The notes under the pieces: model-generated
Database searches by the model: none
Seen by the model: the letters and a program-made list of their open reading frames with translations, nothing else
What the model was told of the DNA's origin: nothing
Position numbers and translations under genes: made by a program
NCBI GenBank assembly: GCA_001949185.1
Contig: BDGG01000004.1
Location: forward strand, 1,265,620-1,329,619
DNA: 64,000 nucleotides
Direction: 5' to 3'
Source of the DNA: Ramazzottius varieornatus
Lineage: Eukaryota; Animalia; Tardigrada
Shown: positions 1 through 11,950 of the stretch, piece after piece
How positions within the stretch are numbered: position 1 is the stretch's first letter
How the letters are laid out: each line of letters opens with the position of its first letter

Positions 1-238
1 GCAATCGCAAGAGAATGGCGGATATCCGGTGGAACGAGTCATGCGAACTTGCGGGTTTGTCGGTGACGAGACCCAGTCGCAATATTCTAAGAGTGTCGCC
101 GAGAGCTCGCGAAGGGTGGTCTACACTTGTTTCGGAGACGGATGCAATAGCGGAACAGGTCTTCACCGGGGAACCGGAGAAGCCGTTCTAGCGGTGACGC
201 TTTTGTGGGCCACGCTGATCAGAATACTATTAATATAA
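1..238 (+). CDS. 3' end of a Ly6/uPAR (three-finger, quiver/sleepless-like) GPI-anchored protein; 5' part outside the window
   Basis: Frame reads ...RVMRTCGF...VYTCFGDGCNSG followed by a hydrophobic tail AVLAVTLLWATLIRILLI*. The CxxDxCN motif plus a GPI-signal-like C-terminus is typical of Ly6/quiver proteins. Confidence 0.7.
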   Translation, partial: QSQENGGYPVERVMRTCGFVGDETQSQYSKSVAESSRRVVYTCFGDGCNSGTGLHRGTGEAVLAVTLLWATLIRILLI

Positions 239-708
239 ATCTTGGAATTGGTACGAGTCTGCACCTTGGAACCAAAAGAGGAAGAGAAGCCAAAGAGAAG
301 CGATCTGGTCTCAGAGCCTTCGAAAAATTCCCCGTAGCATTTCTTATTCACTACTACGCATGATCTCTTCTTCGTTTGCTAACTTTGATTGACGAACTTT
401 AGTCCGTGTGAGTTGTACACGAACAAAGCCGGTAGTGGTGACGACAAAGAGCTTTTACCGTTAACGTTCATTATGTTTGGAATTGTTTTACGGTCCGATA
501 ACACTGGTACTGTGAAATCGTAGTGTCGGTGAAGTTGGGTGAATGTATTTGTGTGTTCTCAAGCGTGATAAAATTTAATACACGCCAGGTGTCCTAGCGT
601 TCCGAAAAGATAAGAAACCATAAATACCCGGAAAACTCGCACAAGTGCCTTAAAACTAGAAGAGAATTTGTACGACTATGGAAACAAAGCGTTAGGAATT
701 GCTTTCCA

Positions 709-2847
709 TTATACATCCGGCCTTTTTGGATCGCTGGCTCTCTTCGTGTCTTGACGTTCCCAAATCTGTACAAAACCAGTCGCACAACATTACGTGCTCT
801 CTAATAAGACGGCGGTCTTCAGACCCTGTGGGATGGATATGAGAACTGTACCTGTATGTATGATTCCGACAGGGTGATCATCTGCGGTAGTACTTCCGTA
901 ACGTGAAGATCCTGCATCTCGAACCATTTCGAAGTACCTTTGTGCAGAACGAAGACCCGATACGTGCCTTTGCGCGCTTCGCCGTCGTGGACCACATTGG
1001 CGATCAGGTCGTAGGTCGTACACTTGTGCTTCTTGCGATGCTCATCCTTCAACAATTCTCCAAAATCGACGTTTCTGCAAAAATTAATACGATAAACACA
1101 TTCACCCCCACGTTGCATTAGCGTCTGATGCTTCCAAGATACCTACCTGATAGGAAAGTTGACGATCGTCGTATTCTTTTCCACGAAAAATGTGTTGTTG
1201 TTAAATCTCTGCAAATAGAGAATGGCCAAGCGATTGTGGATGAAAACAGCGCGAGAAAACCAAACGGACGAACCTTAATGTTTAAGAGAAGGTAAGGCGG
1301 AAGTTGCGTCAGTTCGAACCGCTTCAGAGTGGAGTCCTTATACGTCTTGTACTCTTTCTCCTGAATGCCGTTAAACTTTTGAAGAAGCGTGAAGAGCGGC
1401 ACCTGAGGAATGATATTCTCATCTTTATCATCGGAAAACAGCGGCATGGGCGGAAGATCGCAGGTCAGAAACAGGTAAGGCGTCTTGGTCGTCTTCTCTC
1501 GGTACTCTGGAAGTTTCTCCAGTTCAGCTTTCTGTTCTGCCGTCTGCAAATCCATACCGCTCCTGTAGCAGTAATGTAATGGTACCGTGATGAATGGAGA
1601 CGTAAAGCGGACTTACCGCTTCAACCGGAGGCAACTTATTCTCGTGAACATTCATTTTGCCGCGGAAGGTTTTGTATATGACCGTGTTGGAATTCTCGTC
1701 CCCGTTCAGACTCTTGTGCATTGCGTTGAGAAACCAGCATATAAAATCAACGGCGTCACCTAACCAAAAGAGAAAAGTACTACCCCTAGCTAGACCGAGC
1801 TTACGAACGGTGAAATCGAACGAAGAACTTCCGGTACGCACCTTGTTTGGTGAACTGGAACTTTTTCTTGCTACACAGTACGACAGCCTGGAGCATTTCG
1901 TGTGGGCTAACATGTGCTTTGAACTTCCGGCTGTTCCACATTTTACGAATGAGTTCGCCGAAACGCTGGACAAGTAAGACCATAATGTCTCCTGGCGGGC
2001 GTCTTGCCAGTTCGCCAGCGTAGTTAGCCTCCTTTAAGAAGTAGTCGCGAACAGGTCGAACATTGGACAAAGCCTGCGACAATAGAACCGCATAAGCCAT
2101 ATAACTGGTTCATATCAAAATTCTCTAATCAGAATTCCGGAAACATACCTGGAATACGGCGTTGCAGTAATCATTGGCTTTGATGTTGTTGAGCCCAAGA
2201 ACACCGGGAAGGTACGACGAGCCATCGTAGGCGATCGTCAGGCGGTTCTTGGCTTCGAGAGACTTGATTTCCGTGTCCGAAAAAAGCGGCTTCACGTTAT
2301 ACTGCAAAAGGGTCCAGTCGTTATAAGCTGACGACGGAATTTCCGTCTTCTTGCAAGGGATTTTGTGGGGGATAGCTTACCGTGATATCTTCCAAGGACT
2401 GATCGAGGATTTCATATCCGTCAGGAAGACAGTAGAAACGGAGTGAGGACAGGTTAAGAAAGACATGGTGGCTCTGCTCAACGCTGTGAGTATACGCGTG
2501 GGTGTTATTTCCTCGGCCTTGGAAGTATTTCCCACACACGAGACAGGCATAAACGTTAAGGTGGGATAAAGAGACGGAGCACAGCTTCTCGAAGTCGAAA
2601 TCCAGCACACTGCGGCTGATTGTGTCTAAATACGGGCATTGACGCGACATGGGATTCTCCGCGTTACGCTTCTTCCAGTCGGGCCGGGATACAACCATGT
2701 CTCCGTCATCATCCTCTTCAGCCTCTCGCTTCACTCCCTTAGCAGATGGTTCTGTTCAGAGAGAAATCTTCGATTATTACATGCATCGAAACAATTAGCG
2801 TTCTTTAACGTACCAGTATCCGCCGGAGTGACAGTTTCCCCAACCAT
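709..2847 (-). CDS. USP39: U4/U6.U5 tri-snRNP-associated protein 2 (USP39/Sad1), multi-exon
   Basis: UBP zinc finger CPYLDTISRSVLDFDFEKLCSVSLSHLNVYACLVCGKYFQGRG; inactive USP box GLNNIKANDY; HVSPHEMLQAV; YDLIANVVHDG; last exon IWERQ...PDV*. Start ATG at 2847 (MVGETVTPADTE) is inferred from splice sites. Confidence 0.95.
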
Positions 2848-3147
2848 GTTTCCACTGCCAGTGTCCGTCCTACTCAAAGACAGACGAAACCAACTCACGC
2901 AATTAACAGGAGAAAAGCAAGCAAAGAGTTCGCAAGAAGTAGAATTCTGCAAGAAGGACTTAGGACCGCAAGTGTTTAATTTTCCACTTTTACACATAAC
3001 AGTCATTCCAGAGGTTGATACGGCGCTCGAGCAGAGCAAGAAATCGGATTAGCGTAGGGATAAGCCAATTGAAAGGAAGCACGTGGGCGGAGCCGAACCG
3101 ACTGAACCCACTAATGTGCTCGGTGCTTAATTCCCGAGTAAGGCATA

Positions 3148-3815
3148 CGGGCCGTTACTCGAGTGCGTAAGAAATCCGAGTAATGCTCCAACTGAGCTTT
3201 TCTGTGGGTATTTCATCCCAAAAGTTTTTTAGAACTTCAGATTTGCTTTCAAGACGTCCCACCGAGGTGTTAACCGCCCCTCTAACTGCATCTTTCAGGG
3301 TTTAACGTTGGTTATTAATTATGCGTCAAACTGTAGCAACGACTGCACGCTTGACTGTGATTTTGTTAAACTAGAAAACTGTGGGTCAACCTAGAACTTG
3401 ACTGTGGGTGTAACTGTGAATTTCGAAAATTCGATGAGACTGCAACATCAACTGTGACTTTTGCCACAATAGGAACTGTGTCTGTAACTGTGGCTTTTGC
3501 CACTTTCTGGATTTCACTTTGCCTTTAACTGCAGCTTTTCGTATCTAGATTCACTTGAGCTTCAAGCAGTTGGAACTGGAAATCACTTTTTCCGTTGTTG
3601 TATAAGAACTGGAAACTTCGTGTGATTTGACATCGCATCTTCCCACAAATTCATTATTTTGGAAAATTGATGGAGGGTTTGCAAAACCTTCCGGAGAAGT
3701 TACGCTATTCGGCTGGATCGCGTAGCGGGTCTAAACCTCAGCCGATTAGAGTAAGGAATGGGCGGGACCAAAGTCTTGCGCTACTCGAATTTCTTGCGCT
3801 GCTACTCGAGTTCCG
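3148..3815. mobile_element. Degenerate TA-flanked non-autonomous DNA element (MITE-like) with ACTG-rich interior
   Basis: Left TA|CGG..ACTCGAGTGCGTAAGAAATCCGAGTA matches the reverse complement of the right end TA|CGGAACTCGAGTAGCAGCGCAAGAAATTCGAGTA. TA flanks both ends. The interior has many same-strand (A/G)ACTG(T/C) motifs. Confidence 0.5.
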
Positions 3816-4071
3816 TATAGACCTCTCAGTTAACTCTACAGTAGCAGTTGATGGACCAATGGTGACGGTAAGGGGTGGAGCGAAGCAACACATTATGGTT
3901 GTTTCACTAAACGAAAATTCGGACTAAACCGAATTGACCGATCATCATGAGATTAGGCAGCTGAGATAGCAATTTCAAGCTCGTCACTTAGACTTATCTC
4001 TCAACTTTCAAGCTTGACATTCATCTTCACTTCCGGCGGAATCAAAATCTGTAGCTACTGCACTCGCGAAC

Positions 4072-4686
4072 ATGGAGGAGTTAGCTCAGCGAGATGAACG
4101 TTTACAGGATCTCGAAAAGGTGGACAAGGAAATCATCCAGATGATCACGACGGCCAGTAAGTCTGTTTCCGTGAGCGAATTGCTTTACTTCCAGTCGCAA
4201 CTCTGACCGTTGTCCGAGACTCTGGGTCTCTGGTTGTCTGAAGTTCGGCTTTGCTACTTTTAGGCACCATCATGACGGAGCTAAGCAAGGAGAAGCCAGC
4301 CTTAAAGACGGCAGAAAACCATGTGGCCACATTCGTCAAAACTCTGGAGACCGTCGACAAAATCTTGACCCAACAGATGGCTCATCTTGGCCAGACTTCC
4401 AGCGGTACGTGAAGTATTCTCTCTCACGTCCGAAACTGTTGCCGTATGCAGTACGCGACGAACCATGATGTGCTTCATAGCTGGATCACACGAAGGAACG
4501 CATTACGACTGCGCCAAGGAGCGCGAAATCATGGTGCGTTGTTCGGAAGATCTACAAGAGCGACTTGATATGTTAGCGGAAGAACGGACCAAGTACCTTG
4601 CTGCACTAGCCAACGAAAGGTCCTTCGTGGTCGATGTCGACGACGAAATGGACTACGGTCCCCAAGCAGGAGGCGTTGACCGATAG
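4072..4686 (+). CDS. MED11: Mediator complex subunit 11 (exons 4072-4156, 4264-4404, 4481-4686)
   Basis: Spliced protein MEELAQRDERLQDLEKVDKEIIQMITTASTIMTELSKEK...LGQTSSAGSHEGTHY matches the MED11 pattern (ERL..LE.IE.EI...ELSKEK...HEGS.Y). Confidence 0.9.
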
Positions 4687-5232
4687 TACGGACTCCCTTT
4701 TTGTGTATAGCTGAATATTATAGCTGAATATATTACGGTTCCCGAGAAGAACTTCGTTGTTCTTCTGACTGTGATACTTCGTTGTTCTCGAAGAATTTTG
4801 TTTTACTGACAGTTTTTGTAACATTACAGTAATCGAGATCAGAGTGTTCAGGGCTTATGATAAAATGGGTCTCTGGTGGTCATGAAGACTGCGCTAAGAA
4901 TGAAAGGAATGCGAGTACAACTAAAAAGTACAGCAGATCAACGGTAAGTGAGAGTCGTCGCATGTAGGTAGTGAGCAAGAACTTCAAAGTGGCAAGGCCT
5001 TAAGGGAAGAGTAGGGAGGAACATCACATGCGAGATAAAACACGAAGACTTAACTTAGGCCAAAAATTCAGATCGCTACAAAAGAACAAACTCGATAAAG
5101 TAGAACTTCTTTCCGGCTAGAGCAATCGGAGAACCGGTTTAGGCCTTGTCTTCAGGCCACTCGAATGCCGTATCGAATCCCAAAGATCGTCGGAAGAGAA
5201 TCACATCCTTCTCGGCTTGCTCAAAATTCTCT

Positions 5233-7800
5233 TTAGTCAGATGAACGTAAAAGTCCTTTGAGGCGACTGCAAAGAGCGAAAGACGAATATAGTAGGTGAT
5301 GGCGGAAACGTTGTTACCGGAGAGCTTTCTTACTTCCGGACATACGACTACACAATTGGAGATAGCGGACTTGATCCTCATCGATAGGATGCGCTGAGTA
5401 CAATCCCTGCGACTCCGTCACCGGAGCACCGCTGACTGTTTTGAGGATACTGCGCTCTTTGATATCCATATTGACGTCCATTGCTGCATCCGGAGGAAAC
5501 TGACCGTCTTTCGAGATATCGCTGGCTCCTCCGGCTTCTTTGGCCTGTGAAGGTTGAGTCTTGAAAGACGTGGAAAAGCCAAGAGGGAAACCCTTCTTTT
5601 CACTTGGTTGTCCACTCCTTTCTTGAACGCTGGGCGGAAAGCGATGACTGAGCGAGGTGAATTTACCGACTTTCTCCCCGCTGCAATTATGCTGTTCGCG
5701 AGTTCTACCAATCCCTTCACTGGTCAGGGCATGAATCTGGTCAGCAAATGTTTTTGCCTTCTGCATTTCGGCAACTTCTCTGACAGTCAGCCAAGTGATC
5801 TGATCTTCTTTCTCTTCCGAATCGCGGCGTTTATCCCTTGAATTTCTCGCTGTTGATTCAGCCTGTAAAATACCACATACCTAATCCATGTTCGGTACCT
5901 CTTTGCATAATACAGTACGAGGGAAAGGTTGTAAAGTTAGCCGCCCCATACCGGGCTTGTAAAGTTAGCCGTCTAAGTTCGCCTGTTCTCTACTACTCAA
6001 TCCCAAACTTTTAAGGATAGATGGAAAGATAAAATAATGAGCTGTCGAATGGTAATAGGCACAGTCAACACGAGAAGTTAGAGAATCCAAGAGATCCGCA
6101 ATTAAAAGAACGTTGAAACCTCATGTTAAACAGCCAAGACTGACAATCAAATAGTCAATCAAGCGATAGGCGCCACAGCCGTGGCTAACTTTACAAACCC
6201 AGTATGGGGTGGCTAAGTTTACAACCTTTACCTCGTACAGGAAAGTACGTTTTTTGACTAGATGTCGCAAACCTCTGAAAAACCTTGGTTTTTGCATGAA
6301 TCGATGGACATAGAGAACACTTGCGCCGCGAGGCTCTTGCCATACGCCCTCGCATCACGAGCATCCGGTACTTGTGCATAACGAATCTCTGGTTTGGGAA
6401 AAGACCGCGTGGTGCGGTAGTGCTTCTTTTCTTCGGCTCGGGTTTCTCGATGACTCTTGTACAGAAGAGTCTTTGGCGGCTTATCCCTTTTCAGGACTTT
6501 CTGCAACTTGGTCGCCCCTGCGGACAAAGCTTTGGGGCTCGCCCATGGAACAGCTTCGATACGTACGCCAGTGGCGTCCTCGTTATCCGCCACTCTAACA
6601 GCGTCATTGTGCTTCGGCTCCAAAATGACTTCGTGACGCGAACTACTCGTCAGGCTTGCTCTTACATCCGATTTCTTGTTACTTTCAGCATTGGGCGTGT
6701 CCACTTGCGGGTCGACCACCATATTGCTTGTCGATAAGTCAGCGCTGGACTTGCCTAAAATTCGAACAAAAATAGGGGATGAAATTTTGTCGAAATTTTA
6801 TATGTTCGAAAAAACAATTTTTTTCGAAGAACATATAACTACCTTGAACTGAAAGCACCGAACGCAGGCTCAGTGTAGGTGCATCAAGATCTTTCTCATG
6901 TTGTGAAAATTCGGCGACCTTCATAAAAAACTTCGCGGGTGATCGCTGGCACATTTCCTCATTGCCCTCAGGTCCCGGTTCGAAAGTTATAAAGTTCGAA
7001 TTCAACTGCCTTATACGTGTTGGAGACTCTGTCTTTACAACCAACTCCAATGCATCCACCTTGTCGGTCATCAGTGGTATGGCTTTCTTCGGAGCTAGCG
7101 GAGCTGGCTTGACGAACTGGCGCTTGATAGCAGACGGGTGCTCGGACCGGAGATGCGCTTCTATGTGACCCCACTCGGACGATGTATACGCAAGAGTTCT
7201 TCCCACACTTTCCTTACAGGGCAAACACACAAAAAGCTTCTCCGACTGCACCACCCTGTTGTTTATGTTGGACAGCGTCTCGAACTCGATGAATCTACGC
7301 AGCTCCGAATCTTCGACTGGCGTAGCAGCTGGCGAAGACAACTTCACCATATTCATCTCCGCTAGAAAAAGACTCAGATTGCAATTATAACCAGAAACCA
7401 CAACAAACACTAGTCTTATCAACATCCAAAGGCAATTTTATTCAGACCAGAAATTGACGTCTATGTTACAAACGTATATAATCATGTGCAATTAGCGTGG
7501 CTATATATAAGGCAGGCAGGCAGGCGGTAACTTACCTCCAGCGAAAGACTGTGTTTGCATTCTCTGCTCTCGGCCTAATCGAAAGTACTGCTGAGGTCGA
7601 ACTGCAGCTTCCAACGGTCGTAGTTGATCAGCATGTTGGTGGCGTACATGACGATGGATGGCGTAGCGCGCGTGCTCGCTGTGACCGCATAATTTACACC
7701 GGAACTCTCTTTTTCCTGCGTCACCGCTTGTCGATGCAGCCACCGACGATGTAAATTCAATCACTCGAGCGATTATGTCCTCGTCGTTGCTGCCAGGCAT
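5233..7800 (-). CDS. Uncharacterised multi-exon protein with two atypical C2H2-like zinc fingers
   Basis: FRCKLCGHSEHARYAIHRHVRHQH and FVCLPCKES...WGHIEAHLRSEH. ORFs 7501-7965, 6739-7425, 6258-6722 and 5314-5766 join in frame through GT-AG introns. The 3' end is uncertain (5314 or 5233). Confidence 0.65.
5918..6235. mobile_element. Tc1/mariner-type MITE (318 bp) in an intron of the zinc-finger gene
   Basis: ~53-bp TIRs: CGAGGGAAAGGTTGTAAAGTTAGCCGCCCCATACCGGGCTTGTAAAGTTAGCC versus the reverse complement of the right end CGAGGTAAAGGTTGTAAACTTAGCCACCCCATACTGGGTTTGTAAAGTTAGCC. TA at 5916-17 and 6236-37. Each TIR has an internal direct repeat TTGTAAAGTTAGCC. Confidence 0.9.
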
Positions 7801-8551
7801 GTTTGACCTATCCTCAGACAGTGTGAGAGACAGCGTTATCGACTGTAACACCAGCCAAACATTGTTATTCAAGTCAAGCTTGAGGGTACGTACACCTTGG
7901 TAGATAAGTATAAACATAGTCGTACCTTGTCGTACCTTGTATTCAATCCTTTCTAAATTAATCAAAACGATGTCAAGTCCGAGCCCTCGAAGTCCTGTGC
8001 AGAGCTTTCACGGTGCATTGCTCTGAGGCTAGGGTAACTCTGGCTTCCGGAACAAAGGCGTGAGGCTTCACGACACTGCAAAAGATCGTCGAAGATGAGC
8101 GAAGATGCCAAAGAAGATTCAGCCGATTTCGCGGCGGAAATATCAATAGACTGCGTGCGCAAAATCAATCAACCGCTCACATTTGCCCTCTCACATTACG
8201 ACTGTCACATTTGGTCCGGACCGACTCCACCCCGACTTCGGTATTGGGCGAAGGCCAAATGTGAGCCGTCAGCCGCCATGTGAGCAGCTGATGGCTCACA
8301 AACTCGGCGATGAAATGTGAGAACGACGAACCGAAATTTCCACCCCGCACATGTTTCTGAAATTCCGCTGACTCAGATCATTAGAACAGCAACATCGGGA
8401 ATTAAGACGCAACGGAAGTGCCCAAGTTTTGATATGTAGTTTGATTCAAATACCGGTATAACCATAGCAAGAAGAAGGCCGCCTTTTCAACCTTCGCTCT
8501 TTCGGTGCTTCTATAGTGGAAAAATTCTGTGCTCGTGCGTTTTGGCCAGGA

Positions 8552-10372
8552 ATGGCGGACGATGGATGGAACGGACTCGATCTCCTGTGGGAAGCAGCGC
8601 TTTCCCGTGAGTCGGCTGATGCAGACTTATTCGATGTCGTCAGCTTTGAAATTACCTCCAGCACTCCAGCAGTAACGCTGCTCTCTTCACCTGGACAATT
8701 ATCTATGACTCTCCCGGGCAATCAGCCAGAAAGAACCGGCACTAGCAGCAGGCCGTCTGTAACGAGCGGACGTCCAGCGCAAGTGCATGACGCACCATCA
8801 GCGTCGTCTTCTGCTGCTCTAGTTAACAGGGAGAGATCAAAAACAGGAAAAGATTACGCGAATCCAAACCATGGACTTCGGACGCAGGTCGACAGCGACG
8901 TGACAGAGATTCCGAAGCCGAAAAGACGGTCGAGGAAAGAAATGGACAGCGACACTACTGCGCCTCGTCCGAAGTTAACCCGCGAAGAGGAAACTTATGA
9001 GAGACTGCTGGCCGTCGATAATATCAATCTCTATCAGTATCTTCCTGGAAAAGAGTGTACTCTCGCGTGGAAGGTGGCTCTACGCCACTCCTTAAGAAAC
9101 TTATCGGCCTACAGAACCAGAACTCATGCCGGAAACTGAGAAAGAAATCAACGCACAGAAGAAGAAGGACGCCGATGCTTTGCATAGTTTTCGGGTTCTT
9201 GTTGATCGAAAAGGGAAAGAATACAAGGAGAAGCATCCAAAGCGCCCACGAGAATCTGGCGGTGAGGAGGATTCAATACAGTCGACCAAGTGATTCAGTC
9301 CCTTGTGGAGAAGAAAGATAGTCAGCCTTCGGCTGTACTCAAGGTCGACCAAAGCAGCTCCGGCGCAGTGAACAGAAACGAAAGTCTGATTCGTGGGATT
9401 AGCATAGGCAACAAGGCTACAGCGCCACTGTATTCTGCCGGCAACAAAGATACCTCAGATGAAGCCGAAGAACCCGCTCAGGATGTCCGACCTCACTTGA
9501 GTAAGACTCGTTTACGACGAGTCAACAACCCTGCGACAGTCGTCCGCACTTAACCGCTCTTTCTCGTTTGAGTTGAAGATTTACCTCAGCCCGTCAGAGG
9601 AAAGGCCAAGTTTTTACCAGAAGCCACAGGTAACCCTTTCCGAAACTGAGATACAGAACATATCTGCAACGGATGGAACAGAGCTACGTCTGTCACAGAG
9701 ACCAGCAAAGCAGCCGGAAAAGCTGCGATAGCCACAGCGTATCGTAAAGCTCTGGCAAAAGACGGAACGGAACAAGAACAGCAGTTTCCCGAAGGTTGAC
9801 CAGCGAAATTCACCTTACATAATATTTTGATGAAAACAATCTCCACCTCAACTAAGGGAAAATCTGTGTTTCTGAATGGATTCGATTTACTGCGATTCGC
9901 TCGAAACGATTGATCCGCGCAGAAACGTTCTCATGATACAGCAAGATCGAGACAAAACTTTCTAGTCCTTTCAAGCCTTTGTCTCAAGCGCGGACTTCCG
10001 TCGCAGCCCTTAGTGTGCTACTCTGTTCTCGGCAAGATGTTTATCAAAGTGAATGACGCTGGTTCTTGAGCCCTCCCTTCGAGGACCACTCGCCGAATCC
10101 GCGCCGCGGATCTCCTCCAAACTTATAACACCGCTGCTAGTCAGGTCGGAGCTATGCGTGACTTGGACAAAATCGAAAGACAGATCAATATGGAAGAGCG
10201 CAAGAACGATCGCGAATGGCAGAAGGAGAAGTTCGCGAAAGAACAGTAGCTCAAAGAAAAACAGCTGGAAATCCGTCTGACCGAAGTAAAAGAACGTGCA
10301 GAAGATCGTCAGATTCTATTTCAAACTATTACGACTCTGCGATACGTTCTGATTAACTACGTAAAGAAATAA
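8552..10372 (+). pseudogene. Harbinger ORF2 (Myb/SANT-like DNA-binding protein), disrupted
   Basis: LLAVDNINLYQYLPGKECTLAWKV resembles the Harbinger Myb/SANT-like N-terminal helix pattern (P/L-Y/F..G....AW). The C-terminus is a charged coiled coil (DLDKIERQINMEERKNDREWQKEKFAKEQ*LKEKQLEIRL). Several stops and frameshifts. Confidence 0.6.
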
Positions 10373-11253
10373 TCCACGGTGGTAGGAAGCCGGTAGACCA
10401 AGCTTAAATGAAGAGAAACGAAAAACGGTTGCTGTTTTTGCGAATACATTTGGGTTTCCAAGTATATTTTAAGAAACGGAGGATCGACGCCAAATTCTTT
10501 CCGGACAAGAGGAAAGCCGTAAATCCATGTCATACAGTTAGTCAGAACAGCAGCCACTAAATATGTTTTAGCCACCTGCTGCCAGTATATTTTCTAATTT
10601 GTTTCATAATTTGCGATCGCAAAATCAAGTGCTATCGCCATGAAACCGTACTCTACAGTCGCTCTAATCTGCGACATTGTGTTGTTAAAAACTCTCTGTT
10701 CTTCTGTCAGGTGGCTGCCTTTGTAGGGAACTTGAATCTCTTCACTGGGAGAGTATCCCTTGTCGCCGAAGAAACACATTTCCCTTCCCCACTTGTCGCT
10801 GAGGTGGCGCAGTCGCTCGCGCATGTTGCTTTCTCCCAACATGAAACCGTCATGACGGCGACCTGCACAGGGACCATACATATTCGCGATTATACCATCT
10901 AGAGTGCATATACTTTGAAACTTCATGACGTGCTTCCGCGAGTGTCCGCTGTATTGCTCCCTCTGATGTCTTTTGGGACGACAAATTGCTCGGGCAGTTC
11001 CAGCGATTAAGCCCCAACAATTATCTGTAACAAACAAATGCTCTGGACTTCCGAGCTTTTTTTGGTATGAACAGATTGCCAAGGACCTACTATAATACCC
11101 ACAGGCCCAATGTATGGCATTAGCATGGAGATCTACGCGTCCCCTAGTCAGCCATGGTTGATAAATGTTTTCTAACAGGTGACTGTGCTTGCTGTATATG
11201 AAAAAGCTGATGAACCCGCGGAAGCGAAACATTCGTGTCAGCTGAGCTGACAA
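10357..11253 (-). pseudogene. Harbinger DDE transposase (HARBI1/DDE_Tnp_4 family), inactivated
   Basis: NCWGLIAGT...ICRP...QREQYSGH...KFQS...DG.IA.MYGP..GRRHD...GDKGY...FN..MS..R..VEYGF. The first catalytic D is changed to A (IDGT to IAGT), there is an in-frame TAG at 10594-96 (NYETN*KIYWQQVAK..LTNC), and the N-terminus looks deleted. Confidence 0.9.
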
Positions 11254-11950
11254 CCGGCGAGCTATCGTCCCATTCTTCTGCCGCTGTCTTTCCGGTAACC
11301 ATTTTGGTAGCGGTCGGGGTGAGTCCGCTTTCTTTTATGGATGGAAGTTCTGTAGAGTCTGGATGTTGGAGGGTGGCAAAGGTTAGCAGATGATCAATTT
11401 AATAATCAGAAAACGGAAAATCCGAACTGTGGGATGACGAAATGTGACGGATGATCGCAGTTGCGCACGTGAAAAGCAAGATGCTCACGTTTCCGTCACC
11501 AAAACCTCGACAAAGGTCGATTTAGGGCGGAGTTGATTCAGTCATGTGAGAGATTATGCGAGAGTTCGAAATGTGATCGGTTGATTGATTTTGCTCACAG
11601 TTCCTAATAGATGACTGCCAGATGATGTCGCCCTTGCCTGAGCAAGAGCGTATGAGTCAGTCAGCCGTGAGTTTCAAAGACATTGGAGCGCGCAGCCCGT
11701 ATGAACCGACCCGACCTATCTTCGGAACCGCAACAAAACAACTGAAGTTTGAAGTTTGAACGGCACGGTCTAGTTCGGTCTCCGCGACTCAGTAACTTAC
11801 CCGCAGAAGCGGCCTGGTATGTATCCATACGATATTTTGCCAATTGTTACGTAGATTTCACAAAAAGGTCCAGACTCGTCGCTCCAGTAATGCAGTTTCG
11901 CTCTAAGAACACGTTTGTGATGCTGAGATACGTTTGATGTAAGGGAAAAC

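Larger units (their letters stand above)
8149..11604. mobile_element. PIF/Harbinger DNA transposon, decayed (about 3.45 kb)
   Basis: Imperfect TIRs sharing GCAAAATCAATCAACCG-TCACATTT (8149-8184 and 11569-11604), subterminal TCACAT/ATGTGA repeats at both ends, and convergent transposase and Myb/SANT-like genes. TSD ambiguous (TAA on the right). Confidence 0.85.

Noticed and set aside
10357-11253. Domesticated HARBI1-like host gene
   Set aside because: An in-frame stop, a truncated N-terminus and intact TIRs indicate a decayed transposon copy.
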